Positions 37,095-47,884 of a DNA stretch of 64,000 nucleotides are shown in pieces (position 1 is the stretch's first letter; each line of letters opens with the position of its first letter). Source of the DNA: an archaeon (GTDB lineage: Archaea > Nanobdellota > Nanobdellia > CSSed11-243R1); assembly GCA_024277205.1 (NCBI GenBank), contig JAJRVP010000013.1, positions 72,735 to 136,734 on the forward strand. The letters are read 5' to 3'. Under the pieces are notes generated by a model. It saw only the letters and a list, made by a program, of their open reading frames with translations, did not search any database and was not told the DNA's origin. Made by a program: the position numbers and the translations under genes.

Positions 37095-37369
37095 TCCAAA
37101 TATTCTTTGTTTACACTTTCAGGCTTTATCTCAAGGATTACAGGAATCTCATAAGGATGCAACTCTTTTATTTTCTTTTTTAATTTTCCTGATTTGTTTG
37201 TTTTAAATAAAACACCAACTTCTTTTGAATTTTCAATTTTGCCTTTCCATACATACATACTTTCTATTGGAAAAATATTAACGCACCCGCAGAGCTTTTC
37301 TGATAAAACCTTTTTGCAGATTCTTTTTGCAATATCTTTATTCGGAAAAGTGGAATAAATTATTCTCAT
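37079..37369 (-). CDS. cutA: Divalent-cation tolerance protein CutA
   Basis: IIYSTFP..AKRICKKVLSEKLCGCVNIFP..SMYVWKGKIE..ELHPYEIPVI matches CutA1. The start is taken at the internal Met (MRIIY). Confidence 0.7.
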   Translation of the reverse strand: MRIIYSTFPNKDIAKRICKKVLSEKLCGCVNIFPIESMYVWKGKIENSKEVGVLFKTNKSGKLKKKIKELHPYEIPVILEIKPESVNKEYLEWMKW

Positions 37370-37373
37370 AAAA

Positions 37374-38102
37374 TCACCCCACCCTCTCAAACGCTTTTAT
37401 GAAAGCATAAATTGAAAGTGGAAGAAAAGTTGCCACAACACCTATAACTGCAAGGCGCCCATAGTATGGTGCCATGTCTATGAAATAAAGAAAAGTGCCC
37501 AGTAAAATAACTCCAGCAAAGATAAACTTTTTTCTCACGTTTCTTAAGAAGCTATTAATATATCTAAACCCAAGAAACAAAAACGTCACCATGAACAAAG
37601 TCATAACTGCCCCAAACACTCTATAATCATTGGGCATTCCAAAAGTATTAACCCAAACTTCTAAATCGTATCCCCCAGATTTTGTTTGGGTGTAAAGATT
37701 TGTTGCATGAGCACACCATATAAAATCATGAAGATTAGAAGCTGCAAAAGAGAATAGCAACATAGAAACAAGTAAAACTACGCCTGTTTTCACTGAAATG
37801 TTTTTGTAATACATCAAATAGGATACCACAATTAACGCAACAGATATTGGAAGAGCTATAAATGCAAATATTGCAAAAGTCCAAAACCACGGCTTTCCAC
37901 TGAAAATACCATCAAATGAAAGGATTTGATATACAGAAACCACAAATAGAGTGTATGCAATCAAAAAAAAGCCCATTGCCAATACTTTCTTTTTCTTAAT
38001 CTCTTTGTGTATAAACTTTTTATTAATTACATCAACCCCAACCAACCCAAAAACTAAAAGTAATAGGTATGATAAAAACAGAGGAATGGAGTTTATCATC
38101 AC
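37374..38102 (-). CDS. Polytopic membrane protein
   Basis: Seven predicted TM helices. Confidence 0.4.
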   Translation of the reverse strand: MMINSIPLFLSYLLLLVFGLVGVDVINKKFIHKEIKKKKVLAMGFFLIAYTLFVVSVYQILSFDGIFSGKPWFWTFAIFAFIALPISVALIVVSYLMYYKNISVKTGVVLLVSMLLFSFAASNLHDFIWCAHATNLYTQTKSGGYDLEVWVNTFGMPNDYRVFGAVMTLFMVTFLFLGFRYINSFLRNVRKKFIFAGVILLGTFLYFIDMAPYYGRLAVIGVVATFLPLSIYAFIKAFERVG

Positions 38103-38779
38103 AAATCACCTGGGTTTACAATCGGCTTATCAAATCGTTCAATATCATCAATTGCAATTCTTGGGCAGGCAGTGTTTATCCAAGCTTCAATATCCTGAAA
38201 ATCCAAGAGAGACTCGGGTGCAAGAGTTTCAAATACAAATATATATGCTTTTTTCCCATTTTCTTCAAGTTTTTTCTTAATTTTTTCTGCAAGATTTAAA
38301 TTGTACTGTCCAGGTTTTGTGCAAACAAGGATTCCGTAAACCTTTGCTTTTTTTGCTTTTGAAAGTATCTCTTTTCTTAGTTTTTTATATCTCTCAACCT
38401 CTTTTTCATCTACTTTATTTACAACACATGTTATTGGATTAGCTTGAAAAATTGGTTTGTCCAATTCAAGAGAAAGGGATATTGAGTGAAAATAACCACT
38501 ACCAAGATAAACATAACAATCAACATCTTTTGAAATTGAAAGGGGGGATGTTATATCACAACCAAGAACCTGTCCTTTTTCAATTGCTCTATATGTAGGA
38601 TTACCTATAAAAACCTGTTTTCCCTTACTTTTTAGAAATTCTTCTAATTGTTTTAATTGGTCAATAAATTGAATTGTAGTAAAAAGCCCAACTTTGTCAC
38701 AAACAACATTAGCAATTTTTTCCATAAACTCTTTTGAGAGCAGTTTCTTATATTTGACTGGTATAAAAATGACCTCCAT
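38099..38779 (-). CDS. dph2: Dph2-like 2-(3-amino-3-carboxypropyl)histidine synthase (short form)
   Basis: GCDITSP, YVYLGSGYFH, CTKPGQ and INTACPRIAIDD blocks resemble the Cys-containing repeats of Dph2. At 226 aa it is shorter than typical archaeal Dph2. Confidence 0.5.
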   Translation of the reverse strand: MEVIFIPVKYKKLLSKEFMEKIANVVCDKVGLFTTIQFIDQLKQLEEFLKSKGKQVFIGNPTYRAIEKGQVLGCDITSPLSISKDVDCYVYLGSGYFHSISLSLELDKPIFQANPITCVVNKVDEKEVERYKKLRKEILSKAKKAKVYGILVCTKPGQYNLNLAEKIKKKLEENGKKAYIFVFETLAPESLLDFQDIEAWINTACPRIAIDDIERFDKPIVNPGDL

Positions 38780-38837
38780 TAAAAATTTATAAACGCCCAG
38801 GTATTTAAAATATTATCCATCTGGGGAGGTAAACTAA

Positions 38838-39416
38838 ATGGCAGAAAACAACTTATGGATTATTTCTTTAGCCATGGTAGCAATAATCGCTATTGTGGCC
38901 GTATTAGGAATGATAAAAATAACAGGCGCATTAATAACACAAGAGGAGAGCACATATATTGATACTAGTTTGACACCAGGAGTGGAATTACCAAAGATTT
39001 ATGCATGTATTTACAAGGCAACACAAAGCCACCAAGACTGTATTGATAAATGGCAAAATTGCAAAAATAATGAAGGGATTGTCTGTACTGCGAACCCACA
39101 AGGGTGCTCAGAGGAATTGCAGAGAAACATTGTTAAATGTACATCCTATATAATGGATAAAACAAATGCTTGTGGACATATCCAGAATATCAAGTGCGGA
39201 ACTGGTGAAATCGAACTTTTAAAATGCGAAAACGCAAAGTGGATAGCTTATGAACAATGTAAAATCCATACATACAAAAATGACAATATAAAGAAAATAA
39301 CACCTTATGAATTCTGTGTTGAGGGTTGTATAAATGCAAATTTAAACAGAGTTGGAGAAACTACAGTATTGGATTGTAAAGGCATCTGTGGGTATATTCC
39401 ATCAAATGTAGTATAG
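38838..39416 (+). CDS. Signal-anchored Cys-rich extracellular protein
   Basis: N-terminal TM helix plus 20 Cys in the ectodomain. Confidence 0.4.
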   Translation: MAENNLWIISLAMVAIIAIVAVLGMIKITGALITQEESTYIDTSLTPGVELPKIYACIYKATQSHQDCIDKWQNCKNNEGIVCTANPQGCSEELQRNIVKCTSYIMDKTNACGHIQNIKCGTGEIELLKCENAKWIAYEQCKIHTYKNDNIKKITPYEFCVEGCINANLNRVGETTVLDCKGICGYIPSNVV

Positions 39417-39475
39417 CAATATCCTTTTTCTTTTTTTCTAAAGACTTATTAATAATTGATTTTTAGTCTACTATT

Positions 39476-40198
39476 ATGAAAATGCTCATAGACGAACAAG
39501 GCAGAAAACTTTTTGTTGAACAAGGAAAAGACATTCACACACATAAAGGTGTTATTAAAAAACAAAAATTAAAAGATGGTAAAATTGTAAAAACAAATAC
39601 TGGAAAAAGATTCCTCGTTCTTGAACCAAATTTTGTTGATTTATTTGAAAAAATTAGAAGAGGACCTCAGATAATCACTCTAAAGGATGCGGGAATAATA
39701 TCTGCGCACACAGGCATATGTTCTGGTTGGAAGATTGCAGAAGCAGGAAGCGGAAGTGGAGCATTAACTTGTTATCTTGCTAATCTTGTAAAACCAAACG
39801 GAAAAATTTATTCTTATGAAAAAAGAAAAGATTTTTTGAAAATAGCAAAAAACAATGTTGAAAAATTTGGACTTTCTAAGTTTGTAAAATTTAAAAATAA
39901 AAGCATTTCTGAAATTTCAGAAAAAAATCTTGATTTGGTTGTTTTAGATTTGCCGAATCCATGGAATTTCTTTAAAAAAATTGAAAAAGCAGTTAAAAAA
40001 GGTGGATTTCTTGTAGTTTATGTTCCTACAATAAACCAAATAATCAATTCATGCAAATCACTTGAGAATACCCTATTTAAAGTTTTCAAAGTTTGCGAGG
40101 TCATAGAACGCGAATGGAAAGTTGGAACAGCAACTCGTCCGCAAAACAACCAATTGGGGCACACTGGTTTTTTGATTTTTTCGAGAAAATTGTTTTGA
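39476..40198 (+). CDS. trmI: tRNA (adenine-N1)-methyltransferase TrmI
   Basis: Gcd14/TrmI pattern: ITLKDAGII..., SAM motif AEAGSGSGALT, LDLPNPW. Confidence 0.75.
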   Translation: MKMLIDEQGRKLFVEQGKDIHTHKGVIKKQKLKDGKIVKTNTGKRFLVLEPNFVDLFEKIRRGPQIITLKDAGIISAHTGICSGWKIAEAGSGSGALTCYLANLVKPNGKIYSYEKRKDFLKIAKNNVEKFGLSKFVKFKNKSISEISEKNLDLVVLDLPNPWNFFKKIEKAVKKGGFLVVYVPTINQIINSCKSLENTLFKVFKVCEVIEREWKVGTATRPQNNQLGHTGFLIFSRKLF

Positions 40199-40210
40199 TA
40201 TCACTAATTA

Positions 40211-41116
40211 ATGAGTAAATTTATAAAAGTTAAACTTCTTATAAGGAGTATGACTTCCTTAGATTGCTATCTCAACAGGGCATTTGGTAAAGGTCCTATT
40301 GGGATATTCAAAAAAATAGCAATTAAAACAATTTCGCGTAGATTTAATACTCCCCAAGAAGATATTCTGTGCGATTTACTTGAAATATATGAAATTGCTA
40401 AAAACTCATCAATTGCAGATAGAAAAACTCAAAGAGATTTAAGTGCAATTAGTAATTTTCTATGGGATGGGATTTCATATTTGTGGAGAAAATCATTATG
40501 GGGAACACCAGAATTTAATAAATTCATGGATGTTATAGATTCTCCATCAAAAGCAGGAACAATTTCTGTAATGAGATGGGATTACCAATATGATGAGGGT
40601 GACTATTGGCAAACTCCAAAAGAAACATATGAAAGAATAAATGCACTAAATCAATTCCAGGGAGATTGCGATGACATTGCTCGTTTTCTTTTATGTGGTT
40701 TAGGAAGGCATGAGGAATATAGTAATAATTCTTACATGTATGTTATGTGGGGGAACGAAACAGGACATGCAACATGTGCTATTGAAGATCAAACAATTAC
40801 AACTATAGGAACTTTTCACAGAATAGAACATTTTACAAAGAATAGAATAAAAGTTGCAGAATATTGGTATCCAAATCTAAAAGGAATAATTGTTTATACA
40901 CAAGATCCATATACTTTTGAATTGAGAAGGGTGCAGTTTGTAGATGTTGGTGCACCCGGATTTGCAGAAAATCCAAATTTTAAAAGCTTAGAGGATTTAA
41001 TTGCGAAAATGCAACATATTGATGAAAATTTTGCAAGAGATGTTTTAAAAACTCTATCTGATGAAGTTGTAGAATCTCTTCAAGAAAGATTAAGAAAAAA
41101 AGGAATTAATATTTAA
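40211..41116 (+). CDS. Hypothetical protein, possibly a transglutaminase-like/papain-fold Cys-His enzyme
   Basis: QGDCDDIARFLLCGLG (candidate catalytic Cys) followed by GHATCAIED (His) and a downstream Asp. Weak. Confidence 0.3.
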   Translation: MSKFIKVKLLIRSMTSLDCYLNRAFGKGPIGIFKKIAIKTISRRFNTPQEDILCDLLEIYEIAKNSSIADRKTQRDLSAISNFLWDGISYLWRKSLWGTPEFNKFMDVIDSPSKAGTISVMRWDYQYDEGDYWQTPKETYERINALNQFQGDCDDIARFLLCGLGRHEEYSNNSYMYVMWGNETGHATCAIEDQTITTIGTFHRIEHFTKNRIKVAEYWYPNLKGIIVYTQDPYTFELRRVQFVDVGAPGFAENPNFKSLEDLIAKMQHIDENFARDVLKTLSDEVVESLQERLRKKGINI

Positions 41117-41940
41117 TAGATATCTCTGTATACATTTCCTCTCTCATTTACAATTGAAACAACTCTTACATATTTTTTTAATCCAGAATTGTTTAGTTTT
41201 GTCAATAAAATATCCTCAACCTGAAAAACACCAGCAGCACTACTCATTCTAATTATTATATCAACTGGCTTTTCTTTTCCTTTTTTAATACTTACTTCAT
41301 CAATTGCCATTGCAGAATATTCATGAATATCTCGCCCACCTAGATTAAATGGTATCCTTGCCCTACCTTTTGTCATATCACACCCATCTGCAATAGATAC
41401 TATCCCTGCTTCAACAGAACTAGGTTCAAAATTTGCCATATGGCAAGTAATACCCTCAAGTACTATTGGTAATATCGATATAATCTTTTTTTCATTATCT
41501 CCATAATATCTATAAAGAAATCGCCTTATAATTGGTTGAGCAAGAATTACTGAAAAAATTTCATGATTATCTCGCTCAATTGAAATTCCTATGTCATGCA
41601 AATAAGCAGAAAGCATAATTGCAAGTTTAACATCTTCAAAACTTCCAATTTTTTCTTTGATTATGTTTGGTTTGATTTTTGCAGATAGAAGATTTAAAAT
41701 ATGAAGTGCATCCCGTGTTGCTATTTTTGAATGGGTTTCTCCATGGTCATTTAAACCCATTCTTTTGATTGCAACAGTATTTGCATATTTTATTAAATTT
41801 TTAACTTCAATGTCAGAAATTAATTTTTCATAAATTCTCACTAATTTTTTGCTTTTCAGAAGTTTTTTTATTTCATTATCTAACTCTTCCATAGTAATCT
41901 TATGCACTTGGCTAATTAAAAATGTTTTTAAAATAAACAA
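41113..41940 (-). CDS. HD-domain phosphohydrolase
   Basis: H..HS ... LHDIG motif set (NDHGETHS, AYLHDIGI). The true start may be the internal Met at about 41892. Confidence 0.6.
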   Translation of the reverse strand: MFILKTFLISQVHKITMEELDNEIKKLLKSKKLVRIYEKLISDIEVKNLIKYANTVAIKRMGLNDHGETHSKIATRDALHILNLLSAKIKPNIIKEKIGSFEDVKLAIMLSAYLHDIGISIERDNHEIFSVILAQPIIRRFLYRYYGDNEKKIISILPIVLEGITCHMANFEPSSVEAGIVSIADGCDMTKGRARIPFNLGGRDIHEYSAMAIDEVSIKKGKEKPVDIIIRMSSAAGVFQVEDILLTKLNNSGLKKYVRVVSIVNERGNVYRDIY

Positions 41941-41954
41941 CCCTAAATGGTTTT

Positions 41955-42449
41955 ATGTTTTCACAACTTGCTACAACATTTTTTGAGATTTTATCAGCTC
42001 CAATAAAACACCCCATTTTGTTGTGGGTTTTGATTCCTGTTTATATAAACTGGATAATAAGCGATATCTATCAAGAAAGAAAAGGAACAAAACTTGGAAA
42101 TGCAATTTCAAATGGTTTTGTTGCGCTTTGGGTTGGACTTGATTGGGGAAGGCAGCTCACCTCTCAATTTGTTCTAAGTTCTGAAAGTTTATTTAAAATA
42201 GCTTTAGTGGGCTTTTTCATAATGTATGGCTTGTCAGTCATAATCACTGGTTTGCGAGGAAAAGAAATAGTAAAATATGTTGGACGCATTCGCGAGATAA
42301 CATATGCAATTATCTGTTTAACCCCAATTTTCTATGGGTTTGTCCCACTTAGCATTAACACCATTTTATCAATAATTGTGTTCTTCCCAGTGTTTTACAT
42401 CATTTTCGAAGTAGTTATGAGGGTTACTCCTTCTCCTGAAAATGTTTAA
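41955..42449 (+). CDS. Membrane protein
   Basis: Five TM helices. Confidence 0.35.
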   Translation: MFSQLATTFFEILSAPIKHPILLWVLIPVYINWIISDIYQERKGTKLGNAISNGFVALWVGLDWGRQLTSQFVLSSESLFKIALVGFFIMYGLSVIITGLRGKEIVKYVGRIREITYAIICLTPIFYGFVPLSINTILSIIVFFPVFYIIFEVVMRVTPSPENV

Positions 42450-42638
42450 AATGTTCTACCACAAACTAAGCACCTATACGCTTGTGGTGGCGCTCTTCTT
42501 TTAAAAAGCACTTCAGAAAAGGTAGTTGCTTTTGTTTCTTTTAAGTATTCTACATTACTACTTCGGCAAAACAAGCACCTCATCAAATAATATACTCATT
42601 CAATATTTAAATAGATTTTTAACCACTCCAAGAAAAAG

Positions 42639-43127
42639 TCAGATTTGTTTGTTTCTATATTTTATCCCATATCCAAAATCAATAGATCTAAATCTCCCAC
42701 ATACTAAAACATCAAATGAAATTATTTGGGCATCATGTTCTTTAGCAATTCCTTGCAATCTTTGTTTTAGATGGATGTCAGGTTCATAACCAGGTGATAA
42801 ATAAACAGCAACCAAACTTTCTAAAACATCATTATCAAATAATCTTGGTTCAGAAAGAGCAAGTGCACCCTTTTGAATTTCTTGTTCAATGTGTTCTACC
42901 AAAGCAATTGCGTCCTCAACTCTTAAGTATACTGGTTTTGCAGAAATCATGGGAACATGTGCAATATATGTTTTATTCATTTCATCAGTTGTTGCAACAG
43001 CAACAGGACTTTTTATTTCTAAACAACCATTCGAGAATAAAGCACCACATATAGAAATACCTTCTTGAATTTCTACATCTTTTCCTAGAATCCATCTTGC
43101 CTTATACTTTTTTGTGTATTCATCCAT
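42639..43127 (-). CDS. Hypothetical protein
   Basis: ORF only. Confidence 0.35.
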   Translation of the reverse strand: MDEYTKKYKARWILGKDVEIQEGISICGALFSNGCLEIKSPVAVATTDEMNKTYIAHVPMISAKPVYLRVEDAIALVEHIEQEIQKGALALSEPRLFDNDVLESLVAVYLSPGYEPDIHLKQRLQGIAKEHDAQIISFDVLVCGRFRSIDFGYGIKYRNKQI

Positions 43128-43550
43128 AATATCTACTAAAAAGTAATGATTTTTAACCTTTTTTATTGGAAATATTGGAATTACTGGACAACCCCCTGAA
43201 AAATATTAATACACCTGAGGAGTATATATTTATTAGACAGGTGAGGAAAAAAAATACCTCACCTACCTCCTTGGAGAATCAAGGAGTCGGAGGTGATTAT
43301 AATGAAAGGATATTTTTATGATCTTGATGATTGGTTGAAAATTGTTGAGCAAAAAAGAAGAGAATCTCCTTCTGAGGGTGCCCAATGGTGGTTAAGCAGA
43401 ATAAAAGCGCGTTCATCTTCTTGATTTCTACCTTTTTTCAGCCCTCCTCTCTTTTTCTTTTTTATTTTTTCATACATTGTAACTAAAAAATGACAAAATT
43501 ACTCTATTTTTGTATAAACGCATTTAAACCCAAATTTATTTAATAATTCC

Positions 43551-43844
43551 ATGGTAGAAGTAACTGAAGCACTTTTGCTTCCATTAATGGCAATTGCATG
43601 GTTGATATTTGCCTGGTTCTGGAAGCAAGGGGGCTTTAAAACAAAGAACGGATTGAAGTTTATCGCAATTGGAGCAGCATGGCTTTTGTTCTACCACGCC
43701 TTTAATGTATTTGGCGGTGTACTCGCAGGCCAAGGATTTGAAGCCACAATAATGGCTATTGGTCAGTGGGTTGGTGGAACCTTAGCATGGCTATTTGGAT
43801 TCATTGGAGCATTGTACTTAGTCATAGAAAACTTCAAGTTGTAA
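43551..43844 (+). CDS. Small membrane protein
   Basis: Three TM helices. Confidence 0.3.
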   Translation: MVEVTEALLLPLMAIAWLIFAWFWKQGGFKTKNGLKFIAIGAAWLLFYHAFNVFGGVLAGQGFEATIMAIGQWVGGTLAWLFGFIGALYLVIENFKL

Positions 43845-44589
43845 TTTTTTCCTTTTTTCCTTTTTTATTTTTAATGTATCTCTTCATTATTGGGATTGTA
43901 AACGGGATTATTAACAAAAATGCTAACAAAAATAAACCTATTACCATAGAAAAAAAAGGGTTGTCTAAAATATAAACTCCCAAGTATGTATAAAAAATTG
44001 TGGTTGGGATAAGCCCGAGAAATGTGCCAAGCATGTAATCTTTTAAATCAATATTTGTTAAGCTTACTAAATAACTTGCCAAGCCAAAAGACATCACTGG
44101 AATTGCCCTAAGGACAATTGTCATAATCAATCCTTTTTCTTCAAATAAATCATCAATTAATCCAAAATCTTCTTTTTTAAGCATTTTTGCAACAAAAGGA
44201 CGGCCATACTTTTTTGCCAATAAAAAGCATAGCACTGCACCAATCATACTTCCAAAAATAGATAGGATAGAACCCCACAAAGCCCCAAATATTAGTCCAC
44301 CAGCAATTGTGAATATAAAACCAGGAATTGGTGCAATAACTGCTTGTGAAATCTGTAGTAATATAAAAATAAGTGGTGCTTTTACACCAAAAGAGCTGAC
44401 AAAATTACGTATGTCCTCAACATTTAAAGTAGATAAAAATTTATATGCTCCTTCCAGAGTATCTCCTGATTTAACAATAAATATAGATGTAGTAATCAAA
44501 ATAATTGTTAATACTATTAAAAGAGGATACATATGTTTAACTTCTTTTTTAAACTCTTGTTTAATCTCAGAGATTTTATGTTTTAGCAT
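43834..44589 (-). CDS. DedA/TVP38-family membrane protein
   Basis: SNARE-associated / TVP38 signature: FGxxxGxLLGxxIGAxL-like block (GGLIFGALWGSILSIFGSMIGAVLCFLLAKKYGR). Confidence 0.6.
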   Translation of the reverse strand: MLKHKISEIKQEFKKEVKHMYPLLIVLTIILITTSIFIVKSGDTLEGAYKFLSTLNVEDIRNFVSSFGVKAPLIFILLQISQAVIAPIPGFIFTIAGGLIFGALWGSILSIFGSMIGAVLCFLLAKKYGRPFVAKMLKKEDFGLIDDLFEEKGLIMTIVLRAIPVMSFGLASYLVSLTNIDLKDYMLGTFLGLIPTTIFYTYLGVYILDNPFFSMVIGLFLLAFLLIIPFTIPIMKRYIKNKKGKKEKITT

Positions 44590-44618
44590 TTTATTAGATA
44601 AGAATTAAAAATATATAA

Positions 44619-45179
44619 TTGTTTAGATTCGCTATGGAAATCACAAAGAAGTTTTTTGAAAAAGATGCGGTTTGGGTTGCAAAAAAATTATTAGGCAAAC
44701 TTCTGAAGTTTAAAAAATGCAGTGGCATAATTGTTGAGACAGAAGCATATAAAGATGATCCTGCAAGCCATGCTTACAAACCAACTCCACGTTCAATGCC
44801 ACTTATAGAAAAGTATGGAACTGTTTATGTCTATCTTAATTATGGAATGTATCACTTACTTAATTTTACTTGTGATAAAAAGGGGCCAGGGGGTGTTTTA
44901 ATCCGTGCTGTTGAGCCAATAAAAGGAATAGAGATAATGGAAAAAAGAAGAAAAACAGACAATCTATGCAACTTATGTAATGGTCCTGGAAAACTTTGTC
45001 AAGCATTTGGCATAACAATGAAACAGCACAACAAAGAAGTTGGCAAAGAGATTCATTTATTTGAAATGGGTAAAAAAGTAAAAATTGAAAAATCAAAAAG
45101 AATTGGGATAAGCAAAGGAACAGAATACGAATGGAGATTCTATTTAAAAAATAATCCTTTTGTGAGCAATTTAACTTAA
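44619..45179 (+). CDS. mpg: 3-methyladenine DNA glycosylase (Mpg/AAG family)
   Basis: VAKKLLGK...GIIVETEAY...DPASHA...YVYLNYGMYHLLNF...GVLIRAVEP...GPGKLCQAFGI matches the Mpg family throughout. Confidence 0.75.
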   Translation: MFRFAMEITKKFFEKDAVWVAKKLLGKLLKFKKCSGIIVETEAYKDDPASHAYKPTPRSMPLIEKYGTVYVYLNYGMYHLLNFTCDKKGPGGVLIRAVEPIKGIEIMEKRRKTDNLCNLCNGPGKLCQAFGITMKQHNKEVGKEIHLFEMGKKVKIEKSKRIGISKGTEYEWRFYLKNNPFVSNLT

Positions 45180-45839
45180 AAATCGTTTATCAAACTCTTT
45201 TTTTAACACATTCATGGTTCCATAACCTATTTCTCTATTTCTTGGAAGCAAACACCTCCCTGTTTTGGCTAATGTCATATTAACCGGATTTTGGATAAGC
45301 TCATCTATATTGTCGCAAACATCTGCAATTTCTACAATTGTTGGATGATTCAAAAAATAACCAATATCTCTACCTTTGAGAAGTTGAAAATATAGTTTTG
45401 AAAGGGCTCTAAAACTATTCACATATTTTTGATAATTTCTTTTAATCTTTTTTTTATCTCCTTCCTCCATTACACGCAAAGATTCTTTTGCAGTTCTAAC
45501 AGCATTTTGAATAGTTGGCATATACAACCCATATTTTCTCATCTCTTCATTTTCAATTTCTTCAATAATATAAAAAGTTGAACAAAGAAGTGTCTCAAAT
45601 TCACTCATTTGCATGTCAATTCCAATATCAATGTCATCCTCAATGCAATTTTTGTAAATAAAATATGCTGCAATAAAATTATTTCTCAACACATTTGGTG
45701 GATATGAAGTTGGGGATTTGGAGTAGATTTCATAAATGTATTGCCGAATTTTTTCCCTGCTTTCATTAGGAGCTAGTAAAAATTCAAAAAACCTAACTAA
45801 GTCATTGTGTTCATCTTCTATCTCTGATGATTCAGGCAT
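45171..45839 (-). CDS. Hypothetical protein
   Basis: ORF only. Confidence 0.35.
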   Translation of the reverse strand: MPESSEIEDEHNDLVRFFEFLLAPNESREKIRQYIYEIYSKSPTSYPPNVLRNNFIAAYFIYKNCIEDDIDIGIDMQMSEFETLLCSTFYIIEEIENEEMRKYGLYMPTIQNAVRTAKESLRVMEEGDKKKIKRNYQKYVNSFRALSKLYFQLLKGRDIGYFLNHPTIVEIADVCDNIDELIQNPVNMTLAKTGRCLLPRNREIGYGTMNVLKKEFDKRFLS

Positions 45840-45940
45840 ATCAAAATTAAAAGAATCCTTATTTATAAATCTACTCTTTGGTAGTGAAATATTGTGTTTA
45901 TTTGCAAAATGTTAAAAAGAGTAGAAATCAAGGAATAGTT

Positions 45941-47826
45941 ATGGCTTTAAAAAGAAGATTGACTTTTAAAATGCTCATATTCTTAACTATTAATGCATTA
46001 ATTGGGACTGGCATTTTTTTGCACCTGGGATTGCAGCCTCGATTGCTGGTGTTAATTCATTAATCTCGTGGATTCTTGCAATTGTTGTTTCCATATTGAT
46101 TGCTCTAGTTTTTGCAGAATTAGCAAGCATATACCCAAAAGCAGGTGGTGTATATGAATATTCAAAAAGGGCTTTTGGAAAATCTGTAGGTTTCTTTATT
46201 GGTTGGATTTCTTGGGTTGTTTCAAACATTGTGATTGCCATGCTAGTTGTAGGAAGTTTGGATTATCTTGGTGTATTAACTCCATTGCCTTACTTTGTTA
46301 AGATTATCTCAGCTATTGCATTTGTTTTAATTGTTAATTATATCAGCTTTAAAGGAATAGAGATGAGCGGAAAACTATTGATTGCATTTTCAATGATTAC
46401 AATGAGCGTGCTTATTTTAATTGCTTTTTCTGGAAGCACAGCAATAAATCTTAATAACCTTAGGGGATTAAGTTTTACAAATCTATCATTAGCATTCCCA
46501 ATAATTATTGCAATGTTCTATGCAATTGAAACTTTTTTTGGCTGGGAATCAATTGCTTTTCTTTCAGAAGAAACCAAAAATCCTAAAAAGAACATACCAA
46601 AAGCGCTTTTGATTGGGACTTTGATAATATCCGCATTTGTTATGTTTGTAATTTTTGTGTCTTTGGCAGCAGTGCCCGCATCTGAATTAGGTTCTTCAAG
46701 CTATCCCTTGCTTTTGGTTGCTTCCAAATTCTTTCCAGTAAGTGTTGTAAAAATTATTTCAGTTCTTGCAGTGCTAACTATAATGGGTGGTGCAGCATCT
46801 TGGATAATTACTACACCAAGATTGATTTATGCAATGTCCAAAGACAAAGTTCTACCTGAAAGTTTTAGTCGAGTTCATCAAAAATATAAGACACCTTATA
46901 CAGCAATCATGCTTCAAGCAGCTATTACATTATTAGTAATTGTTTCAGGTTCTTACAAATTTTTGCTTGATGTGGCATTACCCCTTGCTATAGTAATGTA
47001 TGCAATTGTGATATTGAGTATACCAAAACTAAGAAAAGAACACCCAAAGTTAAAAAGAACATTCAAGGTTCCATTCCCAATTATTATTCCAACCGCACTT
47101 GTTATACTATTATTTGGTGCAATGGCAATCTCAACTACTGTTGAGAGTTTAATGTTAGGTTTTGTTTTGGTTTTGCTTGGTTTACCCTTATACATAATTG
47201 CAAGCTTGGGATATCATGAAAAAATAATAAAATTATTCTCGGATTGGCTTGCAGAGGTTAGTTATTGGACAAACAAATTCTTTATTGAAAAAGATATCAT
47301 TGACCACATGCTTAATTATCTAAGTGATGTAACTGTTGAAAAAGTTCTTGATTTGGGTTGTGGTGTTGGAGTTGTAACAAACAAAATAGCAAAAGAAGTT
47401 ATTCCACCACACGGAAAGGTATATGGAATTGATTTTTCAAAGAGAGTATTAAAAATTGCAAAAAAGATTTCCGAGTCTAGGGATGTTAAAAATGTAGAGT
47501 TCATACACGAAAACTTTTACAATTTAAGCAAAAACAGAAACATAAACAAAAAATTAAGAAAACTTGACGCAGTTGTGGGAGTTGGCGTTCTTGGATACAT
47601 AAACAGACTTGATTTTATTCTTAATGAAATCAAAAAAAGATTAAGGAAAAAAGGCAAAATTTATTTTGTAGATTATGATTATCCCGGGCATTTGCTTGAT
47701 AAGCCATTGATTGAGGATAATAAAGAAATCTATAAATTGTTTGAAAAGCATGGATTTAAAATAAGGATTTGGAGACAGAAAAAACTTTTTTGGACATATG
47801 TACATATATACGGCGAGAGGATATAG
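45941..47826 (+). CDS. APC-family amino-acid permease fused to a C-terminal class-I SAM methyltransferase domain; reading frame broken at a T7 run (46014-46020)
   Basis: Frame 2 (45941-46063) encodes MALKRRLTFKMLIFLTINALIGTGIF. After the T7 homopolymer, frame 1 continues ..APGIAASIAGVNSLISWILAIVVSILIALVFAELASIYPKAGG and a further 12 TM helices. The C-terminus has VLDLGCGVGVV (MTase motif I). Confidence 0.55.
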
Positions 47827-47884
47827 TAAAATTTATAAAGATTTATCACCACTTTTAAGTTATACCATATAAAGGGGTGAAAAA

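Noticed and set aside
38069-38299. Small plus-strand ORFs (37951-38280, 38069-38299)
   Set aside because: Antisense overlaps of minus-strand genes with no start context.
45878-46063. 61-aa stand-alone ORF
   Set aside because: Its C-terminal half is the frame-shifted N-terminus of the APC permease (IGTGIF...). It is not an independent gene.
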